A DNA stretch of 64,000 bases from Hemiscyllium ocellatum (taxonomy: Eukaryota): contig NC_083402.1 of the NCBI RefSeq assembly GCF_020745735.1, positions 8,260,004 to 8,324,003 on the forward strand, written 5' to 3'. The notes under the pieces are model-generated. The model did no database searches. It was not told the origin of the DNA and worked only from the letters and a program-made list of their open reading frames with translations. The position numbers and the translations under genes are program-made. Shown piece after piece: positions 39,280 through 51,394 of this stretch (positions are counted from its first letter, which is position 1; each line of letters opens with the position of its first letter).

Positions 39280-40025
39280 CCCCACCCTAAAGGAGCCTTT
39301 CACATCCATCAAAGATTTACCTGCGCATCCAGCAATATCATTTATTGAATCCGTTGCTCCCGATGCAGTGTCCTCTACATTGGGGAGACTGGACGCTCCT
39401 AGTACAGCACTTCAGGGAACATCTCCGGGACACCCATACCAATCAACCCCACTGCCCTGCGGCCCAAAATTTCAACTCCCCCTCCCACTCCGCTAAGGAC
39501 ATGCAGGTCCTGGGCCTCCTCCACTGCCGCACCCTCACAGGAAAAACACCTCATCTTCCGCCTCAGAACACTTCAACCCCATGACATCAATGTGGAGTTC
39601 ACCAGTTTCCTCATTTCCCCTTCCCCCACCTCACCCCAGATCCAACCTTCCAGCTCAGCACCGCCCTCATGAATTGTCCTATCTGCTAATCTTCCTTTCC
39701 ACCTATCCACTCCACCCTCCTCTCTGACCAATCACCTTCTTCTCCACCCCCCCATTCACCCATTGTACTCTTTGCTACCTTCCCCCACCCTCCTCTCTGA
39801 CCTATCACCTCCATCCCCACCCCCATTCCTTTATTGAACGAGATGCTACCTTCTCCCCACCCCCACCTCCCTCTCATTTGTCTCTCCACTCTGCAGGCAC
39901 CCTGCCTCGATTCCTGATGAAGGACTTTTGCACGAAACATTGATTTTCCTGCTCCTTGGATGCTGCCTGACCTGCTGTGCTTTTCCAGCACCACTCTAAT
40001 CTCGACTCTGGTTTCCAGCATCTGT
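39280..40025 (+). mobile_element. Second Penelope GIY-YIG/pLTR fragment
   Basis: HQRFTCASSNIIY, YIGET-like sequence. pLTR with cctgatgaaggacttttgcacgaaac at ~39910. Confidence 0.75.
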
Positions 40026-40889
40026 TTTTATCTGTTTATACCCACCCTCAACTACATCCCTGCAATAACAACTAAATCACATACCAATGTGTTAATCTAC
40101 ACCCTCAGCTCATCTGCCTTTCTCACAAGTAAATGCCATCCAGCCATGCCACACTCCCTTATGCCCTCCCTTGATGATATTCACACTGCCTTCTGGATTT
40201 CCTTGGATCATCTGTTGGATCAGTTAGCTTGGTTGGCTGGACAGTTGGTTTGCGATGTGGAGTAATGCCAACAATGCGGGTTTAATTCCCATCCTGCCTG
40301 TGGGGACCATGAAGGGTCTCAGGTTCTCAACCGTGTCCCTGTCTGAGGCAGAGTGGCCCTCAGGTTAAATCACCATCAGTCACCTCTCTCTAATGAGACA
40401 GCAGTTCTCTGGGATTATGACTGATTTATTTTTTTACTTCAGTTCTCCTTCTTCATGTCTCTGTGTATCACCTTCACCCTCTGCAATACTTTCACTGTGT
40501 ACCCCATCCCTCTGCTACGCCTGATGAATGAGCCAGGTTGCTGAAGGCTGGCTCGGTACTAGAGTAGAAGGTGATGGGAAATAGAAAAGGTTCTGCAGGG
40601 AGGGCCCTGAGTCCTGCTCTTCACATCACTCTGGGTCTCCTGGAAACTCTCAGGCACCAAAAACTCTCATCAACCAACAGCAACAAACACCCACAGTCGA
40701 ACCACAAACCCCCTGAAACCTCCTGTTGTGCTCCAGCCTGTAGCTCATTCCACACTGTCCCAGGTTAGTTTATAAACCACGACTGAAAAATGTTATATCT
40801 TTTCTCATCATACAACAGATTCAGTGTTTTACCTCACTGTTTGGTGTCTGTGCTGTGTTCATATCCTCTCTCTCTCTCCCCCCTCACAG

Positions 40890-41276
40890 CTTTGTCTGCT
40901 AATGGTTGGTCAATGACAATCGCGGATGGAGTGTGGGCTGAGGAAGGAGGCTCCGCTGTCTTACCCTGCAGCTTCACCCACCCTGACACTCACCTCACAC
41001 TCACCGGCTCCATCTTATGGTACAAGGAGGAAACACGGGCTTTAATCTTTAACTGCACATATCCTGGTCCAGACGATTCCCAGGGTGAGCTGTGTGAGAA
41101 TGTGAGACAGCGGGACGGTGGGAATCGATTCAGATTCGTGGGGAGTCTCACCAACAAAGATGCCTCAATAATGATGGAGGGACTGAGCCGGGAGGATGCT
41201 GGTTCCTATTGGTGTCGTGTGGAGCTCAATATCGGCAACTTTCAATCATGGTATGGAACAAGCCTGGAAGTGAAAG
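40890..41276 (+). CDS. SIGLEC15-like: V-set Ig exon A3, Siglec-15-like, essential Arg retained
   Basis: Acceptor (ct)n-ccctcacag|, donor G|GTGAGG, 387 nt, phase 1-1, four Cys, YWCRVEL (Arg 41216-41218). Confidence 0.88.
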
Positions 41277-42754
41277 GTGAGGAACAATGTTCTGATGGTG
41301 TCAGTGCCCTGGCAGCTCAATGGGGACAGGCTCCACCAGGTCCGGGAGTTCTCGGGTTGGTTCCTACTCCTGGGCTCTTCCAATTGGTCTCAGGCAGGAG
41401 GCAGTGAGAAGGACAGAGAGAGAGGGAGAGACCTGGCTGGGATTTACAGACCAATCCATTTCCGACTCTGAAACCTCCCACAGTCACTCATTTGCTGTGG
41501 TCAGACCGGCGTCAGTTTTTTTTGGACAGGGAACAGACACAACATCATCAAGGATTCAAGCTCCAAGACCCCCTTCCCAATGACAGTCCTGCTCTATCGG
41601 CATTGGGTGAGAAAAAGAGATCCATAAATTCTGAGCCCTCATTGGATGAGCACGTCTCAGAGTGAGGGAACCCTCAGCTCGCATTGGCTGAAAACCTCAC
41701 TGTTTCTATCTTCCCTTTCTATTGGCTGAACAGAAAATAGATGGATGGGGGGAGAAGGAATCTGCAGAGGCTAATGTCCTGGGGAATACTTTCCAATCCA
41801 TGGCAGATTGTGAAATTTGAATTTGAAAGGAATCTAGACTGAAAAGCCAGTTTAATAAAGACCATGTAGCCACCTCCGACAAAAAAAAACCTGGTTCACT
41901 CATTTCCTTTAGGGAGGGAAATCTGTATCCTTAATGGTCTGACCTACATGCGGCCCCATACCCACTGTAATGAGGTTGACTCTTAACTGCCCCCTGAATG
42001 ACTCACTCTGTTGTGGACAAGGAGTGAACCCAGGTGTGTAAATGGAATTGTGACTCCAAGAGTAGGCCACAGGCTGGAGATCCTGTAAATTAACACACCT
42101 CCTGACTCCAAAGCATATTGACCAGTTAGAAGTGTGATGGAATACTCCCCACTTGTCTGGAAGAGTGCAGGAAAATATATTGCTGCCCTGTCACTGTCAC
42201 TGGGTCAAAATCCTGGAACTCCCACCCCAACAGTATTGTAACAATAAAAATAACAACAAAATACACTGCAGCAAGACAGCAACACTTCCTCCACCAGCAC
42301 CTTCCAAAGTAGTGACCTCTATGACCTCAGTGTAAAAAATGGCGTCAGATACAGACCATCCTGACTGGGAAATATAGTTATCTTTTCATTGTTCAAGGGG
42401 ACATGGGTGTCACATGCTCGGTCAGCCTATATTGGCTATCCCTAATTGCCCTGGAGAAGGGAATGGTAAGCTGCCTTCTTGATCTGCTGCATCCCCTCAG
42501 CTGCAGGGAATTCACGATAAGGTTGGTTAAGGATTCCAAGGGCTTTGTCCCAGTCACACTGAAGTAATGATGAAATATTCCCAAATCAAGATGGTGAGTG
42601 TATTGGAGGGAAGCTTGTAAGTGGTGATGTTCTCATGTATATAGTGGAGGGAAAGTCATTGATGATACAGCAGGAGATGGTTAGGCTGAGGACTCTACAC
42701 TGAGGAACTCCTGCAGGGATGTTCTGGAGCTGAGATGACTGACCAACAACCACA

Positions 42755-44860
42755 ATCATAGTCCCACAACCCCACACCGCCCGTTTCTACCTCCTGTCCA
42801 AAATCCACAAACCTGACTGCTCCAGCCGACCCATTTTCTCAGCCTGCTCCTGCCCCACAGAAAAAACTTCCCACCACCAAACTATCATTTCCCCAACCAT
42901 CCACAACCTCATCACCTCAGAGGATCACCCATCCACCGCCTCCAACCGCATAATCCCACAACCCCACACCGCCCGTTTCTTCCTCCTGCCCAAAATCCAC
43001 AAACCTGATTGCCCCGGCCGACCCATTGTCTGAGCCTGCTCCTGCTTACACAGAACTCATCTCTCCTTACCTCGACATGATCCTGTCCCCCTTAGTCCAA
43101 GATCTCCCCACCTATGTTTGGAACACCACCCACGCCCTCCACCTCCTCCATGATTTTTACTTCCCTGGTCCCCAACGCCTTATCTTCACAATGGACATCC
43201 AGTCCCTGTACACCTCCATCCCCCATCACGAAGGACTCAAAGCCCTCTGCTTCTTCGTTTCCCTCCATACCAACCAGTACCCTTCCACTGACACCCTCCT
43301 TTGACTGACTGAACTGGTCCTCACCCTGAACAACGTCTCGTTCCAATCCTCCCACTTCCTCCAAACCAAAGGAGTAGCCATGGGCACCCGCATGGGCCCC
43401 AGCTATGCCTGCCTCTTCGTAGGATATGTGGAACAGTCCATCTTCCGCAGCTACACTGGCATCACCCCCACCTTTTCCTCCGCTACATCGATGACTGTAT
43501 CGGTGCTGCCTCGTGCTCCCATGAGGAGGTTGAACAGTTCATTAACTTTACTAACACCTTCCAGCCCGACCTCAAATTTATCTGGACCATCTCAGACTCC
43601 TCCCTCCCCTTCCTAGACCTTTCCATTTCTATCTCGGGCGACCGAATGAACACGTACATTTACTATAAACTGACCGATTCCCACAGCTACCTAGCCTACA
43701 CCTCCTCCCACTCTGCCCCCTGTAAAAACGCCATCCCATACTCCCAATTTCTTTGTCTCCGCCGCATCTGCTCCCAGGAGGACCAATTCCAATACCGTAC
43801 AAGCTAGATGGTCTCCTTCTTCAAAGTCCGCAATTTCCCCCAGACATAATCGACGATGCCCTCCTCTGCATCTCCTCCACTTCCCGCTCCTCTGCCCTTG
43901 AGCCCTGCCCCTCCAATCGCCACCAGGACAGAACCCCACTGGTCCTCACCTACCACCCCACCAACCTCCATACACATCGTATCATCCGTCGTCATTTCCG
44001 CCACTTCCAAACTTACCCCACCACTAGGGATATATTTCCCTCCCCTCCCCTATCAGCATTCCAAAAAGACCACTCCCTCATCAGATCCACACCCCCCACC
44101 AACCCAACCTCCACTCCCGGCACCTTCCCCTGCAACTGCAAGAAATGCAAAACTTGCGCCCACACCTCCCCCCTTACTTTTCTCCAAGGCCCCAAGGGAT
44201 CCTTCCATATCTGCCACAAATTCACCTGCACCTCCACACACATCATTTACTGCATCTGCTGCACCCGATGTGGCCTCCTCTATATTGGGGAGACAGGCCA
44301 CCTACTTGCAGAACGTTTCAGAGAACACCTCTGGGGCACCCGGACCAACCAACCCAACCACCCCGTGGCTCAAAACTTCAACTCTTCTTCCCACTCCACC
44401 AAGGACATGCAGGTCCTAGGACTCCTACATCGCCAAACCATAGCAACACGACGGCTGGAGGAAGAGCACCTCATCTTCCGCCTAGGAACCCTCCAACCAC
44501 AAGGGATGAACGCAGATTTCTCCAATTTCCTCATTTCCCGTCCCTCCACCTTGTCTCAGTCAAATCCCTCGAACTCAGCACCGCCTTCATAACCTGCAAA
44601 CTTCTTCCTGACCTCTCGGCCCTCACCCCAACTCCGGCCTATCACCCTCACCTTGACTTCCTTCCACCTATCGCACTTCCAACGCCCCTCCCCCAAGTCC
44701 CTCCTCCCTACCTTTTATCTTAGCCTGCTGGACACACTTTCCTCATTCCTGAAGAAGGGCTCATGCCCGAAACATCGATTCTCCTGCTCCTTGGATGCTG
44801 CCTGACCTGCTACGCTTTTCCAGCAACACATTTTCAGCTCTGATCTCCAGCATCTGCAGT
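42755..44860 (+). mobile_element. Penelope-like element (RT + GIY-YIG + pLTR), specific to copy 2
   Basis: TMDIQSLYTSIPH, MGTRMGPSYACLFVGYVE, YIDD, FTCTSTHIIYCICC..LYIGETG..RFREH. Confidence 0.92.
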
Positions 44861-44899
44861 CCCCACTTTCTCCTCCAACAACCACAACAATCTGGGTTT

Positions 44900-45200
44900 G
44901 ATTCCAGTCTGAGGTAACAGTCTGTGTGGAGTTTACACATTCTCCCTGTGTCTGTGTGGGTTTCCTCTGGGTACTCTGGTTTTCTCTCACAATCCAAAGA
45001 TGTACAGGTCAGGTGAGTTAGCCATGCTAAATTGCTCATAGTGTTCATGGATATACAGGTTAGGTGTATCAGTTCAGGGTAAATGTAGAGTAATAGGTTC
45101 GGGTTGGGAATGGGCCTGGGTGGATCACTCTCTTCAGACGGTTGGTGTGGACTTGTAGGGCCAAATGGCCTGCTTCCACAATGAAAGGATTCTATGAACC
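44900..45200 (+). mobile_element. 5'-truncated HE1-type SINE
   Basis: gtgtggagtttacacattctccctgtg core and gggcc..cctgcttccac tail. Confidence 0.75.
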
Positions 45201-45419
45201 ATCTTCCTCTGTGCCAGGTCTGACTGAAACCCATGGAGGTTTCTCCCCTCGGCTTCCCACTGGCTCAGGTTCCTTGATGCTACACTCGCTCAAATACAGC
45301 CTTGATGTTAAAGGCAGTCACTGATACCTTCAATCAGTTTAATTGGTCTGGTCAGACCCACCTTGCTTTTTGTGGACAGGGTATACCTGGGTATTGTTGG
45401 GTAGATGCCAGTGTCATAA

Positions 45420-46590
45420 TTAGAAGAAGAACAAATAACAATACAGCACAGGAACATGCCCTTCCATCCCCCAAACCAGCGCTGACACATTTTGCCTTTC
45501 CATACTCAAACTGTCTTCACTTACAGGATCAGCATCCTTTCCTATTCATGTATTCATCCAGGTGCTTCTGGAATGCTGCTATAGTGTCTGCTTCCACCAC
45601 CTCCACTGGCAGTGCGTTGCAGCCACTCACCCACCTTTTGTGTGAGAAACCTGCCTTGTACATCTCTTAATACCACCACCACCACCCTCCCCCCCACCCT
45701 CTCCAAACCCCAGCCCCATATCTTAAACCCATGTCCTCTAGTAATTGACCCCTCTACTAGGGGGAAAAAGCCTCATATATTCCACTTTATCCCTGCCATT
45801 CACAATCTTATAAACTTCGATGAGGTCACCCCTCAACCTCCTGAGTTCCAGTGAAAAAAAAACCAGTCTATCCACCCGTTCTTCACAGCTAAAATCCCCC
45901 ATTCAAGACAATATCCTGGTAAACCATTTCTGTACTCTCTCCAAAGCATCCATATCCTTCTGGTAGTGTGGTGACTAAAACTGCACCTAATATTCCAAGT
46001 GTGGCCGAATTAAAGTTCTTTAAAGCTGCAGCATAACTTTGTCTGTCGTTATACTCAATGCTCCTTCCAATGAAGGCAATGATGCTGTGGGCCTTTTTCA
46101 CTCCCTTATCTGTCTGCTTTGTCACCTCCAGAGAGCTGTAGACCTGCACACCCAGATCCCTCTGCATATTAATCCTCCTCAGGGTTCTGCCATTCAGTGT
46201 TTAATTTCCACCTGCACTTGACATTCCAAAATACATCAGTCACATTTGTCTGGATTAAACTCCATCTGCTATCGAACTGATCTGTATCCTGCTGAATCTT
46301 CTGATAATCCTTCTCATTATCCTTAATTCCACCAATCTTTACATCGCCTGCAAAATTACAAATTAGATCAGACACATTTTCCTCCAAATCATTGGATAGG
46401 CCATGAACAGCAGACGTCCCAGCACTGATCCCTGTGGAACATCACTTGTTACAACCCTCCATTCCATTGTTACCCTCTGTCTCCTATGACTAAGTCAGTT
46501 CGGTGTCCACATTGCCAGCTCACCCCGATACCATGTGACTTCACATTTTTACCAGTCTGCAGTGAGGGATCTTGTCAAAGGCTTGACTGA
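45420..46590 (-). mobile_element. CR1 fragment
   Basis: The minus strand reads RDLGVQVYSSL and FAGDVKIGG; CR1 tail at ~45440. Confidence 0.8.
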
Positions 46591-46756
46591 AGTCTGTCTA
46601 TAGCAGGACTGCAGAGCCATCTGATCCATTGGTTATGGGGTGGCTCTGTTGTGTGCTGTTTCTGTTGTTTGATGAGCAAGTAGTCCTGGGGATGTTGTAG
46701 ATTCAGTGTGTTGGCCTCACACATTTGAATTTGCCTGGTGTTGTACACAGTCAAGG

Positions 46757-46935
46757 TTAGAGTGGTGCTGGAAAAGCACAGCAGGTCAGGCAACATCTGA
46801 GGAGCAGGAAAATCAATGTTTCGGGCAGAAGCCCTTCATCAGGAATGTAGCTGATGAAGGGCTCCGGCCCGAAAAGGTGATTTTCCTGCTCTTGGATACT
46901 GCCTGACCTACTGTGCTTTTCCAGCACCACTCTAA
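46757..46935. repeat. Hairpin: head-to-head inverted pair of Penelope pLTRs
   Basis: Arms of ~85 bp (46757-46842 and 46851-46935) around the spacer gaatgtag. Confidence 0.85.
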
Positions 46936-48615
46936 TCCTGACTCTGATCTCCAGGATCTGCAGCCCTCACTTTTACCTGGTATTGCATGCAGCAAAATCA
47001 TGTGTCTCTTCATTGATCTCCCAGCCTGACGGGAATGTTGGTGTGGGGGGTGTTAATGTGGATTGTGAGGTTACAGATTGAAGTTCAATGGGCTTACAAT
47101 GTAGTCTTTAACTTGGGAACTTCATACTGGGGAGTCCCTGGGCAACTCCCACCTGATGGTATACCACTGTGCCTCCACCTCTGCTGGGTTAGTCCTGGTG
47201 GTGGGTCAGGCTGTGTCCAGGGACAGTCATCGTGGTGTCTGTAATATTGTAAGTTATGGTTCTGTGAGTTTGACCATGTGAGGCTGTTAGTCGACCCGTC
47301 TGTGCACTAGCTCCTAGATGTTACTGAGGAGGCCTTTGCAGGGTTGACAGGGCTGGGACTGTTCTCACTGTTATTGGGGCCTTGGTCAATGCAGTGTAGT
47401 CTGAGTCTACTTGTAGTCTATTGGCATTCCTTCACTGTTGCTGGGTCAAAGTCCTGAAACTCAATCCCTTAAATTACTCTGGATAACCCCGACACCTCAG
47501 GGCTGCAGCAGTTGAAGAAAGCAGCTTCTCCTGGGCAATCAGGATGGGACAATAAATGCACATAATCTGGGCCAGTGACACCCACCAAATAAAACAAAAG
47601 TAGAAATTAATGAAACAGCGAACATCCTGAGGAAAATACAAACAAAAAACTGCAGATGCTGCAAATCAGAAACAAAAATGGAAACTGTTGGAAAAGCAAG
47701 TCTGGCAGCACCTGTGGAGAGAAATCAGACTTAATGTTTCAGGCTGAGTGACCCTTCCTCAAGATCCTGAGGAGCTTGACAATGCAGATTCTGAGAGGAT
47801 ATTTGCTCTTGTGAACAGAAGTCAAACAGGGGAACAATTACAAAATAACAGATTACTGATTTAAATAAGAATGAGAGAACATTTAATCTCATAGCTCCTC
47901 TTTTAAGTTCATGCAGCAAAGAGGCACATGGCTGGTTATCCCCCTCCTCCTGCACCCAAATATTTTACTCAGTGTAGGAAAATGTAATCTGGACTCTGAG
48001 TTTAAATTAGCCTGTGCTCACTTCAAAGGTCACAGGTTGGAGCTGGGGAATGGTTACATTAGGAATGACACCAGGGGGCTCTCCTTCACACAGAGTGTGG
48101 TCAATACTTTGAATGTGTTTGAGCAACAGAGTGAGGGGGAGGCTGTAAAATCCTTGACCTTGTTTAAAGAATATTAGTATTGAGCATCGGGCGGAGGGTT
48201 CTGCATGAATGAATTCAGGAGGGTTCAATGGATCTGATCTGTAAGTACCTTCAGCGGTCACACGGCACCAGGTTATAGGCCAACAGGTTTATTTGAAATA
48301 ACAAGGTTCAGAGCACTACTCCTTAATCAGGTGAAGTCCTGGTGCAGTGTGACTTCTGACTTTGTCCACCGCAATGCAACACTGGCACCCCCACATCATG
48401 GAAGTATCTTGTAATCAAGGTTTTCAAATTGAGTGACGAGGAGACATTTTGATCAGGGTGACTCTTGTTGGGGAATGTCTAGGACAGACCTGTTAGAGAT
48501 GTGAGTGGAGTCTTTAATTGTTCATTTTATTGTGAAGTTGAAAGGAATGTAACATATTGAAATAAGAACTTCTGCACACTGACCTCATCCATTCTGATGT
48601 TTGTCCTTTCCTCAG

Positions 48616-48963
48616 CTGCTCAAGGAAATGTCTCAGTGGTGAGTGGGACAGAGGGAGATTCAGTTACTTTACCCTGTATCTTCAGTCACTGGTACTACCC
48701 TCCCCTGTCCACTGTTACCTGGATGAGGAAGGAGCCCTGCCAACACATCGTTACATTTACAGCCCAATCACAGGGAACTTGGACAACTGGACACGGTGGA
48801 AATCGGTACGAGCTCATTGGGAACCCAGAGGAGGGAAACGCCTCGACCAGGATAAACCAGCTGAGTGTGAGGGACAATCACACTTACCTGTGTCTGGTGG
48901 AATACAGTTTCGAACCTGATTCTCAGTATCTGATCCAGAAAGAGACTCGGCTGCAGGTACATG
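48616..48963 (+). CDS. V-set Ig exon B2
   Basis: Same splice sites and 348-nt length as B1, open frame, 22 nt differences from B1. Confidence 0.85.
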
Positions 48964-49532
48964 GTAAGAAACCGTTCCCACATTCTTCAGCCTGTAGAAG
49001 GTGCACAGTGAGAGTGGAACAGATTCTGTGAATGTTTTGCGATTTGATTTTCTGGTGAAAGGACATGGAACTAAAACATTAACCCTGTTTCTTTCCACAG
49101 GTATTCTCTGCCCTGCTGAGTATTTGCAGCATTTTGATGTTTATTAAAAATTTCTACCATCTGTAGAGTTTTAGCTTTGGGTTTCAAATTTAATTTTAGT
49201 CCATATTTAATGTACTATGCTGTCCTGACATTTTTAGGTGCATTCTGATGTCAGTATTGAAAGACATTGACAGACTCAGAACATTCAGTTATATCTCCAA
49301 AAGCCCCAAAGTTATACTGACATTGAGATCATCTCCTTGAACAGGAAGGTGCAACTGTCTGATGTGTCCCTCTTGGTTACAACCTTCATCAGGAATAGTT
49401 CCATCAGTGCAACTACATTCCCACAGTGTCCATCTGACTGTGTGAGGCATCACAGCCATGTGGGACTTATCCGCGCCCTGCATTCACCCATGGGTTATAA
49501 AGGAAGGTGGTGGTATACTGTTACTGTTGCTG

Positions 49533-50412
49533 TAGTAAAAAATGAGGTCTGCAGATGCTGGAGATCACAGCTGCAAATGTGTTGCTGGTCAAAGCACAGC
49601 AGGCCAGGCAGCATCTCAGGAATAGAGAATTCGACATTTCGAGCATAAGCCCTTCATCAGGAATAAGCTTGTGGGAGTCAGTCGGTTTATAATAGATGTC
49701 TGTGTTGAGTCGGTCGCCCGAGATAGAACTGGAGAGGTCTAGGAAGGGGAGGGAGGAGTCTGAGATGGTCCAGGTGAATTTCAGGTCGGGATGGAAGGTG
49801 TTAGTAAAGTTGATGAACTGTTCAACCTCCTCGTGGGAGCACGAGGCAGCGCCGATACAGTCATCGATATAGCGGAGGAAAAGGTGGGGGGTGGTGCCAG
49901 TGTAGTTGCGGAAGATGGACTGTTCCACATATCCTACGAAGAGGCAGGCATAGCTGGGGCCCATGCGGGTGCCCATGGCAACTCCTTTGGTTTGGAGGAA
50001 GTGGGAGGATTGAAAAGAGAAGTTATTCAGGGTGAGGACCAGTTCAGTCAGTCGAAGGAGGGTGTCAGTGGAAGGGTACTGGTTGGTGCGGCGGGAAAGG
50101 AAGAAGTGGAGGGCTTTGAGTCCTTCGTGATGGGAGATGGAGGTGTACAGGGACTGGATGTCCATAGTGAAAATAAGGCGTTGGGGACCGGGGAAGCGAA
50201 AGTCCTGGAGGAGGTGGAGGGCGTGGGTGGTGTCCCGAACGTAGGTGGGGAGTTCTTGGACTAAAGGGGACAGGACCGTGTCGAGGTATTGGGAGATGAG
50301 TTCGGTGGGGCAGGAGCAGGGGATTCCTGATGAAGGGCTTATGCTCGAAACGTCGAATTCTCTATTCCTGAGATGCTGCCTGGCCTGCTGTGCTTTGACC
50401 AGCAACACATTT
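49533..50412 (-). mobile_element. Penelope RT fragment bracketed by 90-bp inverted pLTRs, with a 13-bp target-site duplication
   Basis: Inverted arms 49575-49664 and 50323-50412. Direct repeat gttactgttgctg at 49520-49532 and 50413-50425. Absent from copy 1 (~30085). Confidence 0.88.
50321..50360 (+). ncRNA. Minimal type-I hammerhead ribozyme motif in a Penelope pLTR
   Basis: GGAUUC-CUGAUGA-A-GGGC uuau GCUC-GAAAC-GUC-GAAUUC: stem I 6 bp, stem II 4 bp, palindromic ACGU in place of stem III. Confidence 0.65.
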
Positions 50413-51394
50413 GTTACTGTTGCTGGTTGACTAATCCAGACACGCAAGTCTGTGGCTATGGGTTCAAATCCCATCACAACAGAAGGTGAACTGTGAATAA
50501 ATGTTTTTTAAAATCTGGAATTTGAAAGTAAAGCTAACCTCATGGCTGAGATTTGGAAAATCTGATCTGATTCAGTTGTACACTTCAGGGAATCTGGAGT
50601 TTGGTTCAGTTAGCTGGGCGGTCGGCTTGCTAAGCAGTGTGATGCCAATCGTGTGGGTTCAATCCCCACATTGGCTCAGGTGACCATGAGGGACCCTCCT
50701 TCTCAACTCTCCCCTCACTGAGGTGCGGTGGCCCTCAGGTTAAACCACCAACATTTCTCTCTCTCTCTCAAGAGAAAGCAGCCCATGGTCTGGTAGGAAT
50801 ACGGTGACTTGATTTAGAGAATGAAATCTGCCATTCATACTCAGTGTCATTTGTTGCCATACGCACAATATTGAGCCTTCTCTCTCCATCAGCACCACCT
50901 CACGCAGGCTCGGGGCTGCTCATAATCCACCAACTCTGCACAGTCCACTTCAAACTCTGTATTGGGTAAACAAAACACAGACTGGGTGATTACTTTGCAG
51001 AACAGAAATGTTCGTCCACAAAAATGAGGCTGAACATCCAGTTGCCTGCCAGATTGACACACCAGCTTTTGGGGACCCAGTGACCTTCTGGACTCAATAT
51101 TGAGGTCAATAATTTTAGTGCCTCAGCACCTTCTCCTATCTCCTTCCCCCAACCCCCACACACCAGGCCTTGTCATCACATGGGCTACGACCAAAACAAT
51201 CCATTGTCAGTGACGCATGGTCCCCATCAGCAGCTGTTCATTCTCCCAGGCCGACCTTTCCCCTTTCGTTTGTCTGTCCAATTGTTTTTCTCTCTGTCTG
51301 AGGTCCCTTCCCACTGAGTTTTTACTCCTGCCCCCTCACCCACCTCCCCATCTTCAGCATCTATACCAACCTTTTCCCAGCTATAATCAGTTAT

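Noticed and set aside
40790-41407. 205-aa single-exon ORF containing A3 with a hydrophobic N-terminus
   Set aside because: The N-terminal part is the translated polypyrimidine tract of the intron. The ATG is not conserved in copy 1.
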